Shown: one piece after another, positions 1 through 7,709 of the stretch
How positions within the stretch are numbered: position 1 is the first letter of the stretch
Layout: each line of letters starts with the position of its first letter
IMG/VR virus record: IMGVR_UViG_3300022853_000017
DNA length: 20,000 nt
Reading direction: 5' to 3' (one strand)
From: an uncultured virus (IMG/VR IMGVR_UViG_3300022853_000017)
Taxonomy: Duplodnaviria > Heunggongvirae > Uroviricota > Caudoviricetes
Program-made: the position numbers and the translations under genes
The notes under the pieces: model-generated
What the model was told of the DNA's origin: nothing
Database searches by the model: none
The model's input: the letters and a program-made list of their open reading frames with translations, nothing else

Positions 1-397
1 TTTCATTGGAGTCATTATGATCTACAATAGCGCCGCCCGGTTCCAATAACATAAACCGCAAACGTCTATAGGACTTGTGGGGGAAATCCTCTAACCACCT
101 CTTAGTCTCTGGGGCAACTTCTGCAATCTCTGTCCACCCCCAATCAACATTATCCTCAGACAGACCATGCCCGCTTGGATTTTTTGTATGAAACCATCCT
201 AATGATGGGTCAGAACCTTTCTCCACAAAACTGTGAATAGATGCTGACCTCCAACCGTCGCCGTCACCATATCTGTGATCAACAAAGAAACCTTCGTCAT
301 ATACTGCCTGTGCTTCCTTCATGCAAACTTCTGGAATCTCTATATCAATCTTTAAATACCAGACATCATGATCCCGGCACCACTCTACGATGTTCAT
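1..397 (-). CDS. Aspartyl/asparaginyl beta-hydroxylase-like 2OG-Fe(II) oxygenase (3' end runs off the window)
   Basis: Not in the ORF track; translated by hand. The ATG at 397-395 overlaps the upstream TGA (ATGA), and the frame is open to position 1: MNIVEWCRDHDVWYLKIDIEIPEVCMKEAQAVYDEGFFVDHRYGDGDGWRSASIH...WGWTEIAEVAPETKRWLEDFPHKSYRRLRFMLLEPGGAIVDHND. The GWRS and RxRxMxLxPGGxIxxHxD motifs are typical of this family, with HxD as the Fe-binding motif. Confidence 0.8.
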   Translation of the reverse strand, partial: MNIVEWCRDHDVWYLKIDIEIPEVCMKEAQAVYDEGFFVDHRYGDGDGWRSASIHSFVEKGSDPSLGWFHTKNPSGHGLSEDNVDWGWTEIAEVAPETKRWLEDFPHKSYRRLRFMLLEPGGAIVDHNDSNE

Positions 398-1041
398 CGT
401 CCTATCACCATAAACCTGTTCATACCATTGTCCAATTTTAGTGTGCCAGAATACATAATATCAACAATCTCTGCCTGATCCGCTAATTCCTCTGGGCCAC
501 TAACACAATTTATATGATCATCCCATTGTTCATCATCGGTTGACTGTAACACATATATATGATTATTAGACTTGTTTAGTTTACGAAACCTTGACATGGG
601 GAACATATGTTCGCATGATGCGTTAATAACTAAATCAAAATGACCATATTTTAGAGGTTCAAACATAACGTCATGCAAATAACACTTGTATAATGCTTTT
701 GTCTCAGAGTCTTGATCTTTATATCTCTTATTAAATTTATAGGTAAGAGTTTTAACATCAGGATCAATTTCTAGGTTAAGTATATATTTTACTCCAAGTT
801 CATCAATCAAAAGTGGTGTGATGAAGTTTGCATACCAACCAGCAAGAAGAGCTACCCTCTCAGCCCTGATACCAAGATTTACGATTTCTGAAACTAACCA
901 TAACTTACTTTGCAACTGGGACGCTGTTGATGCATCTCGAATTCTTTTGATACAGTGATTATATTCATCGTGATGTACTAGAGAAAGAACAGACTTCCAA
1001 TCTTCAGCAATTTCAGTTGTAAATTTTATATGATCTACCAT
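394..1041 (-). CDS. Class I SAM-dependent methyltransferase-like protein (215 aa)
   Basis: Glycine-containing motif I-like segment VALLAGWYANF, acidic motif II-like segment LNLEIDP, and FDLVINASCEHM. These resemble a methyltransferase-like family seen in marine T4-like phages. The start overlaps the glycosyltransferase stop. Confidence 0.6.
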   Translation of the reverse strand: MVDHIKFTTEIAEDWKSVLSLVHHDEYNHCIKRIRDASTASQLQSKLWLVSEIVNLGIRAERVALLAGWYANFITPLLIDELGVKYILNLEIDPDVKTLTYKFNKRYKDQDSETKALYKCYLHDVMFEPLKYGHFDLVINASCEHMFPMSRFRKLNKSNNHIYVLQSTDDEQWDDHINCVSGPEELADQAEIVDIMYSGTLKLDNGMNRFMVIGR

Positions 1042-1775
1042 AATTCTTTTATCTCATCAGTATTAACACCCTCAGTCTGTGTGCTATTGTTAAATAAACA
1101 AATTTTGTGGTCTTCTCTTATTTTCTTTTTCTCCATATCATCAGGAAAAACATTCCCCTTATACCATGAATAGATATCTCCTTGTGGAAATCCTCGTAGA
1201 AATCCGTCATCTTCTTTCCAAGGATCATACCAGTGGTGAGCAAAGTAGTTATCTAGACTTGGTGATGTAAAGAAAACAACTTCTGCATTATCCACAACGT
1301 GGTTCCACACTGGCATCAGCTGACCTTTCTTCCATACAATAACTGATGAGTTGAGGGGTGTTGATTTATGCTTTGCATAATTTTGTTTAACCATACTAAT
1401 ATCATTCCACCACCCACGAACAATCCATGGCTTATCGTTAGGCAATTCAAAGAAATACTTTAAATCTTGATGAATGATAACATCAAGATCAAGGAACATA
1501 AATTTAGAATTATCTGGAAAGATTTTCCCATCACCACTAATAAGATCAGGTCTAAACATATAACACTTACGATATGCCCAGAAGAAACCACGTTCCTCAT
1601 TATAGAACTTATCTAGTGTAGTTGGAATTGGAATGTGCCAGTCTTTTTCTGGCTTGTCGGTAAAACACCAAAATTTAAAAGGAACAGTGCAGTTTGCCTC
1701 ACACTGTTCTTTCAACTTCTCAACATAGGAGTCATCATACTTATCTCCCCACTTCATACATAATATATTATTCAT
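1035..1775 (-). CDS. GT-A fold glycosyltransferase (246 aa)
   Basis: N-terminal ILCMKWGDKYDDSYVEKL, FWCFTD, DxD motif in FLDLDVII, and LNSSVIVW. This is the motif series of a GT8-related GT-A family in phages and bacteria. Confidence 0.8.
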   Translation of the reverse strand: MNNILCMKWGDKYDDSYVEKLKEQCEANCTVPFKFWCFTDKPEKDWHIPIPTTLDKFYNEERGFFWAYRKCYMFRPDLISGDGKIFPDNSKFMFLDLDVIIHQDLKYFFELPNDKPWIVRGWWNDISMVKQNYAKHKSTPLNSSVIVWKKGQLMPVWNHVVDNAEVVFFTSPSLDNYFAHHWYDPWKEDDGFLRGFPQGDIYSWYKGNVFPDDMEKKKIREDHKICLFNNSTQTEGVNTDEIKELW

Positions 1776-1777
1776 AA

Positions 1778-2350
1778 TTATTTTATTGGGACGTATACCC
1801 CCTCCACTTGAAACTTTTCTTTATCGGCCATCTTGAGTTCAGCACCATTTGCAAATACCATATACCCCAACAAAACATCCATAGGACTTTCTGCTTTACG
1901 AATGAAAGTTTTTGCATTTTTAAACTTGTCAGCTGACTTTGAATTTTTAACACATTCTTGTTCAAATATTTTGAGTTTGAGTTTAAACAACTGTTCTTTT
2001 TGATCAGCATCTGTATTATCAAATTCTGAGAAAAAATTAATAATTACATCTTCAAACTTATTTGACTGAGTTCTATTTTGTATGTCATCTTCATTTCTTC
2101 CAGCCCACTCACGAAATGCATCACGAAACTGTTCACGAAACTGTTCGTGTCGAACCACAGTGCGTTCGTCGATTTTTTCATAAGAAACTTCTGCAACAAA
2201 ATCTCTCCATTGTTCATCAGATTCATCTACCTTAATGTAGTGTTCCCGTGTAAGTTTATCTTCTGGGTCTGTCCACATAACTGCAACAGTATCCAACTCT
2301 GGATTGCTGTAATAGTAATCTGTAATTTTATCTGTCCATAAATATGACAT
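1778..2350 (-). CDS. Hypothetical phage protein (190 aa), first gene of the enzyme cluster
   Basis: Strong RBS (CAGGAGAAATTAA-ATG), late promoter just upstream, and a stop 2 nt before the next start. Charged, helical-looking sequence with no family recognised. Confidence 0.75.
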   Translation of the reverse strand: MSYLWTDKITDYYYSNPELDTVAVMWTDPEDKLTREHYIKVDESDEQWRDFVAEVSYEKIDERTVVRHEQFREQFRDAFREWAGRNEDDIQNRTQSNKFEDVIINFFSEFDNTDADQKEQLFKLKLKIFEQECVKNSKSADKFKNAKTFIRKAESPMDVLLGYMVFANGAELKMADKEKFQVEGVYVPIK

Positions 2351-2370
2351 TTAATTTCTCCTGTGTTCTT

Positions 2371-2378
2371 TATTTATA
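2371..2378 (-). promoter_or_regulatory. T4-type late promoter TATAAATA
   Basis: Plus-strand tatttata at 2371-2378 is the exact T4 gp55 late consensus on the minus strand. It is intergenic, about 20 nt upstream of the ATG at 2350. Confidence 0.8.
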
Positions 2379-2381
2379 CGA

Positions 2382-3344
2382 TTAGACATGTACTATGTTA
2401 AGTGTGTTTGTGCCAATTACTACAGATGATCCATTTGGAAATTCCTGTGAACGATAGTCATCACCAACCTGTAGAGTTTGGTAGTTACCAGCACCATTAA
2501 GTCTTGTATCAACAATCGCAGTTCCTCTAGTATTACCAGAGCCATTAATGTTATAACTTAGTTTATGTCCAGCATCATCCTCTGCTGCACGAAACTTAAT
2601 ATCGACTGCAAGTACAGCGTGGAATGTGGAATCATCTGCTGCCAGCGGACCCTGTATAATATTTCCATCACTTTCTGCAAATAGGAGGGCATTGCTTGGG
2701 AATGCCCTTGCTTCATTACGCCTCTGTAGATAATAACTTGTAATAGTTGTTGGTTGATCAAGTGTCTCTGGAATACCGGCAGCAGAATATAATGCCGTAT
2801 TTGCACGGGTATCTACGAATACTGGGGTGTTTGCACCAGAAACCTCTGTATAGTTCGCAACAGTTGCGGCAGTTGTAATGGTATATGTTCCGTTAGTCGT
2901 AGCATCCTCTGATGCAGTAATCATTGCGTCCAGCGTTGCATAGATAAAGGTATCAACATAGTCTGCTTGCGTCATGACTTGTAAATCATTATCGACATTA
3001 ATATATAGTGGGTAACCAATAGCGCCCAGATCACCAGCAGCAGAACCATCTGTATTATAAGTTGGTCCTGTAATTTTATCGTATGTGGTTCCTGTGACTG
3101 TTGTGGGTTCTGCTGTTGAACCTTCAGCAACAAAAGCAGTTGCAGAGTTACTTACAGCACCAGCCTGCAATCTTGTATCAGTCAAACCGGGAGTCAATGT
3201 ACCACTAGCAGACACAACAGTAAGAGTTACAGTTGGTGCTTGGGCATACAGATATGCAATGTAGGTATAGTATTCAGTCATATCACCGGCTGACATCTCT
3301 ACAATATCACTACCATCATATTTTACGGGAACACGAACAGTCAT
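2382..3344 (-). CDS. Putative virion structural (tail-associated) protein (320 aa)
   Basis: T/A/G/D-rich beta-type composition, RBS GGGAG upstream, and position directly downstream of the tail fibre gene. Confidence 0.6.
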   Translation of the reverse strand: MTVRVPVKYDGSDIVEMSAGDMTEYYTYIAYLYAQAPTVTLTVVSASGTLTPGLTDTRLQAGAVSNSATAFVAEGSTAEPTTVTGTTYDKITGPTYNTDGSAAGDLGAIGYPLYINVDNDLQVMTQADYVDTFIYATLDAMITASEDATTNGTYTITTAATVANYTEVSGANTPVFVDTRANTALYSAAGIPETLDQPTTITSYYLQRRNEARAFPSNALLFAESDGNIIQGPLAADDSTFHAVLAVDIKFRAAEDDAGHKLSYNINGSGNTRGTAIVDTRLNGAGNYQTLQVGDDYRSQEFPNGSSVVIGTNTLNIVHV

Positions 3345-3363
3345 TTAATTACTCCCATAACAA

Positions 3364-3371
3364 TATTTATG
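3364..3371 (-). promoter_or_regulatory. Possible late promoter CATAAATA (NATAAATA variant)
   Basis: Overlaps the fibre stop codon and lies about 20 nt upstream of the ATG at 3344, the same geometry as the other late promoters. One mismatch to the T4 consensus. Confidence 0.5.
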
Positions 3372-6300
3372 CACCAGCACCATACAATGTTTTCAAGGTG
3401 CCCCCGGCGGCATTTTTAATCAATAGGGTGGAAACTGATTTCAGTTCTGCTGCGCCAATCGCATCATTTGCTATTTTTGCTTCTGTTATTGAATCGTCTG
3501 CATAATGTTCTGTATCAATACTTCCATCGGTATAGTGTTCACTATCCACGGCGTTGTCAGCAAGTTTGGTGCCATCAATAATACCACCAGCAAGATGCGC
3601 TCTATCGATAGAACCATCCACATAAGAGTCACTATCAATGGAGTTTGCAGACATATGTTCTGCATCAATACTACCAGCAGCATAATGTTCAGAGTTAATT
3701 ACATTATCACCAATCTTTGCAGCGGTAACAGAGTCAGCACCTAAAGCAGCAGCATCAACAGAACCCGCAGCATAATGTGCTGTATCAATACTACCGTCTA
3801 TATATTGATCACTGTCTATGGAGTTTGCTGGCATAACTGGTATCTGACTAAAGGTTACAACACCATTAGCAGCAATTGCAATTGCATCTGCATCGCCAGC
3901 AGAACCAATGTTTGCTGCATTTGGAATAACGATGCTACCACCAGAAGTATGAACTGTCCCCGTTTCATCCGGCAACGTGATAGTCCGGTCAGCAGTTGGG
4001 TCTGTAATTGTCAGTGTAGTTTCGGAATCGTCAGCAGTTGCACCCTCAAAGACAATGGCGTTTGTAGCATTCATTGTAATAGTATCAACCTGTATAGTTG
4101 TACCACTTACTGTTAGGTTGCCACTGATTTCAACATTCGCATTTATATCAACTAATGTTGCGTTGAGTTCTATTTCGTCTGTCGCATTAATATCCAGAAT
4201 AGCATTACTGGGTGCGCCAATGTTTTGTGATGCATCATTGAATTGAATTACGTTTGTACTATTCAGTAAGATACCTGTATCATGAACATGAGTCAGTGTT
4301 ACCTCATCGTTGGCACCAAAGGAAAGTATCGCACCGTCATGTTGAAGTTCTAGGTCTTGAGTTAATGTAATGTCACCATCAGAGCCAATAGCAATGGCAT
4401 CTACATCTGTAGCTGAACCAATTGTACCAGCATCAGGAAGAACAATATTACCACCCGTGGTCATTGTTCCAGCACCAGTGTATGTCCCACTTGCGTTTAT
4501 GTTCGCATTAACATCTAACAGAGTTGCATTCAGTTCTATTTCATCGGTAGCATTAATATCCAGAATAGCATTACTGGGTGCATTGATAAACTGACTTGCA
4601 TCGTTGAACTGGATTGCCATCGTACTATTCAACAGGATACCAGTATCATGAACGTGTGTTAGGGTAACCTCATTGTTATCACCAAAACCAAGTACAGCCC
4701 CGTCAGCCAAGAACAAATCACTAAACTGTAATGAGGTTGTTCCTAATGCAGCACCATCTTGTGCGTCTGGAACAAAAGCAGTTGTTGCTGTTATGGTAGT
4801 ACCTTGGATTGTGCTTGCACCAACAACTGTACCGGAAACATCAAGGTTACCAACCACATCAATCAATGTTGCAGTAAGTTCAATCTCATCTGTTGCGGCA
4901 ATATCCAGAACGGTAGAACTTGCTCCTTGAATGAATTGTGATGCATCATTGAACATGAGTTTATTGGTACTGTTTAACGTAAGACCTGCACCGTCTGTGT
5001 GTGTTAATGTTGTATCGTTATCATCACCAAAACCAATTACAGCACTATCTGCCAAGAACAAATCTGAAAACTGTAATGAGGTTGTACCCAGTGCAGCACC
5101 ATCTTGTGCGTCTGGAACAAAAGCAGTTGTTGCTGTTATGGTAGTACCTTGGATTGTGCTCGCACCAACAACTGTACCAGAAATAGTAAAGTTACCCACT
5201 ACATCAATCAGTGTTGCAGTAAGTTCTATCTCATCTGTGGCAGCAATGTCAAGGATTGTTGCACTTGCTCCTTGAATGAATTGTGATGCATCATTGAACA
5301 TAAGTTTATTGGTTGAGTTAAGTGTCAGACCTGCACCGTCTGTGTGTGTTAATGTTGTATCTTGGTCATTACCAAAGTTTATTACCGAACCATCACCAAG
5401 GAAAAGGTCTGACCATTCTAGTGATGCAGAACCAATCGCATTTGCGTTAGCAGAAGAGGGGATCAGTGCGGGGAGACTCGACAACGCTGTGTCAATACTC
5501 ATCTTCTTGAGAGTGCCCCCGTCATTGATTAGGAAATGGTCTAGGTCAGCAAATGTTGTTGTGGTTGCACCAGCATCAGCATTACCTGTTGTAACAACTG
5601 TGCCCGTTGCATCTGGGAGTGTGATTGTTCTATCAGCAGTAGGATCAACAATTGTCAGTGTAGTTTCGGAATCGTCAGCAGTTGCACCCTCAAAGACAAT
5701 GGCGTTTGTAGCATTCATTGTAATAGTATCAACCTGTATAGTTGTACCACTTACTGTTAGGTTGCCACTGATTTCAACATTCGCATTTATATCAACTAAT
5801 GTTGCGTTGAGTTCTATTTCGTCTGTCGCATTAATATCCAGAATAGCATTACTGGGTGCGCCAATGTTTTGTGATGCATCATTGAATTGAATTACGTTTG
5901 TACTATTCAGTAAGATACCTGTATCATGAACATGAGTCAGTGTTACCTCATCGTTGGCACCAAAGGAAAGTATCGCACCGTCATGTTGAAGTTCTAGGTC
6001 TTGAGTTAATGTAATGTCACCATCAGAGCCAATAGCAATGGCATCTACATCTGTAGCTGAACCAATTGTACCAGCATCAGGAAGAACAATATTACCACCC
6101 GTGGTCATTGTTCCAGCACCAGTGTATGTCCCACTTGCGTTTATGTTCGCATTAACATCTAACAGAGTTGCATTCAGTTCTATTTCATCGGTAGCATTAA
6201 TATCCAGAATAGCATTACTGGGTGCATTGATAAACTGACTTGCATCGTTGAACTGGATTGCCATCGTACTATTCAACAGGATACCAGTATCATGAACGTG

Positions 6301-7476
6301 TGTTAGGGTAACCTCATTGTTATCACCAAAACCAAGTACAGCCCCGTCAGCCAAGAACAAATCACTAAACTGTAATGAGGTTGTTCCTAATGCAGCACCA
6401 TCTTGTGCGTCTGGAACAAAAGCAGTTGTTGCTGTTATGGTAGTACCTTGGATTGTGCTTGCACCAACAACTGTACCGGAAACATCAAGGTTACCAACCA
6501 CATCAATCAATGTTGCAGTAAGTTCAATCTCATCTGTTGCGGCAATATCCAGAACGGTAGAACTTGCTCCTTGAATGAATTGTGATGCATCATTGAACAT
6601 GAGTTTATTGGTACTGTTTAACGTAAGACCTGCACCGTCTGTGTGTGTTAATGTTGTATCGTTATCATCACCAAAACCAATTACAGCACTATCTGCCAAG
6701 AACAAATCTGAAAACTGTAATGAGGTTGTACCCAGTGCAGCACCATCTTGTGCGTCTGGAACAAAAGCAGTTGTTGCTGTTATGGTAGTACCTTGGATTG
6801 TGCTCGCACCAACAACTGTACCAGAAATAGTAAAGTTACCCACTACATCAATCAGTGTTGCAGTAAGTTCTATCTCATCTGTGGCAGCAATGTCAAGGAT
6901 TGTTGCACTTGCTCCTTGAATGAATTGTGATGCATCATTGAACATAAGTTTATTGGTTGAGTTAAGTGTCAGACCTGCACCGTCTGTGTGTGTTAATGTT
7001 GTATCTTGGTCATTACCAAAGTTTATTACCGAACCATCACCAAGGAAAAGGTCTGACCATTCTAGTGATGCAGAACCAATCGCATTTGCGTTAGCAGAAG
7101 AGGGGATCAGTGCGGGGAGACTCGACAACGCTGTGTCAATACTCATCTTCTTGAGAGTGCCCCCGTCATTGATTAGGAAATGGTCTAGGTCAGCAAATGT
7201 TGTTGTGGTTGCACCAGCATCAGCATTACCTGTTGTAACAACTGTGCCCGTTGCATCTGGGAGTGTGATTGTTCTATCAGCAGTAGGATCAACAGCTGTA
7301 AGTGTGGTTTCATTTGCATCATCAGTTGCACCCTCAAAAACAATTTGAGCAGACGCAGCTGCGACGAGAGATTCCAATGTTACAGATGTAACATCGCTCC
7401 TAAGAGCATTGAATTCTTTAATCAGTTCTTCTAGAGTTTTTTCTAGTGATAATTGATTTGCTGATACTAGTGCCAT
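3367..7476 (-). CDS. Long repetitive tail fibre protein (1369 aa)
   Basis: Short helical N-terminus, FEGAT..ETTLT..DPTADRTITLPD motifs, nested D/T/A/G-rich repeats and C-terminal 10-aa repeats. Located in the baseplate/tail region. Confidence 0.8.
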   Translation of the reverse strand: MALVSANQLSLEKTLEELIKEFNALRSDVTSVTLESLVAAASAQIVFEGATDDANETTLTAVDPTADRTITLPDATGTVVTTGNADAGATTTTFADLDHFLINDGGTLKKMSIDTALSSLPALIPSSANANAIGSASLEWSDLFLGDGSVINFGNDQDTTLTHTDGAGLTLNSTNKLMFNDASQFIQGASATILDIAATDEIELTATLIDVVGNFTISGTVVGASTIQGTTITATTAFVPDAQDGAALGTTSLQFSDLFLADSAVIGFGDDNDTTLTHTDGAGLTLNSTNKLMFNDASQFIQGASSTVLDIAATDEIELTATLIDVVGNLDVSGTVVGASTIQGTTITATTAFVPDAQDGAALGTTSLQFSDLFLADGAVLGFGDNNEVTLTHVHDTGILLNSTMAIQFNDASQFINAPSNAILDINATDEIELNATLLDVNANINASGTYTGAGTMTTGGNIVLPDAGTIGSATDVDAIAIGSDGDITLTQDLELQHDGAILSFGANDEVTLTHVHDTGILLNSTNVIQFNDASQNIGAPSNAILDINATDEIELNATLVDINANVEISGNLTVSGTTIQVDTITMNATNAIVFEGATADDSETTLTIVDPTADRTITLPDATGTVVTTGNADAGATTTTFADLDHFLINDGGTLKKMSIDTALSSLPALIPSSANANAIGSASLEWSDLFLGDGSVINFGNDQDTTLTHTDGAGLTLNSTNKLMFNDASQFIQGASATILDIAATDEIELTATLIDVVGNFTISGTVVGASTIQGTTITATTAFVPDAQDGAALGTTSLQFSDLFLADSAVIGFGDDNDTTLTHTDGAGLTLNSTNKLMFNDASQFIQGASSTVLDIAATDEIELTATLIDVVGNLDVSGTVVGASTIQGTTITATTAFVPDAQDGAALGTTSLQFSDLFLADGAVLGFGDNNEVTLTHVHDTGILLNSTMAIQFNDASQFINAPSNAILDINATDEIELNATLLDVNANINASGTYTGAGTMTTGGNIVLPDAGTIGSATDVDAIAIGSDGDITLTQDLELQHDGAILSFGANDEVTLTHVHDTGILLNSTNVIQFNDASQNIGAPSNAILDINATDEIELNATLVDINANVEISGNLTVSGTTIQVDTITMNATNAIVFEGATADDSETTLTITDPTADRTITLPDETGTVHTSGGSIVIPNAANIGSAGDADAIAIAANGVVTFSQIPVMPANSIDSDQYIDGSIDTAHYAAGSVDAAALGADSVTAAKIGDNVINSEHYAAGSIDAEHMSANSIDSDSYVDGSIDRAHLAGGIIDGTKLADNAVDSEHYTDGSIDTEHYADDSITEAKIANDAIGAAELKSVSTLLIKNAAGGTLKTLYGAGA
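3440..3825 (-). repeat. About 13 degenerate 10-aa repeats (e.g. DGSIDTAHYA, ADSVTAAKIG, DDSITEAKIA) at the fibre C-terminus
   Basis: Visible 10-residue periodicity in the translation, with divergent DNA. Boundaries are approximate. Confidence 0.8.
4006..7293. repeat. Direct tandem duplication, 2 x 1644 bp (4006-5649 and 5650-7293), in frame (548 aa)
   Basis: Identity at offset 1644 begins at 4006/5650 and ends at 5650/7294. Shadow ORFs recur with identical translations at +1644 (4370/6014, 4673/6317, 4759/6403, 4931/6575, 5104/6748). Confidence 0.95.
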
Positions 7477-7477
7477 T

Positions 7478-7708
7478 TTAGTTCTCTTTCACTAATTGTT
7501 GTAACAGGGATTTAATTTCGTGCATCTCAGATTTTAAAATATTAATTTCTCTGGTTGTTTCACGCACCTCATCCCTCTGTATTTGTGCTTCCCCCGCACG
7601 TTTTTTTGCAACCTCATATGCGTTCACATTGTTATTTATAATACCATGACTACCATTAGAAGACTTAACATAATTATCTTCATTCTCTATTTTAAAATAT
7701 TCTGACAT
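7478..7708 (-). CDS. Small protein with C-terminal coiled coil (76 aa), probably virion-associated
   Basis: Likely start is the ATG at 7708 (MSEYFKIEN...), 1 nt after the upstream stop, rather than 7732. Heptad-like C-terminus EINILKSEMHEIKSLLQQLV. A similar small gene follows the large structural gene in marine T4-like phages. Confidence 0.7.
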   Translation of the reverse strand: MSEYFKIENEDNYVKSSNGSHGIINNNVNAYEVAKKRAGEAQIQRDEVRETTREINILKSEMHEIKSLLQQLVKEN

Positions 7709-7709
7709 C

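Noticed and set aside
4006..7293. CRISPR array or mobile element as an explanation for the repeats
   Set aside because: The repeats are in-frame coding units with no spacers, terminal inverted repeats, transposase or integrase.
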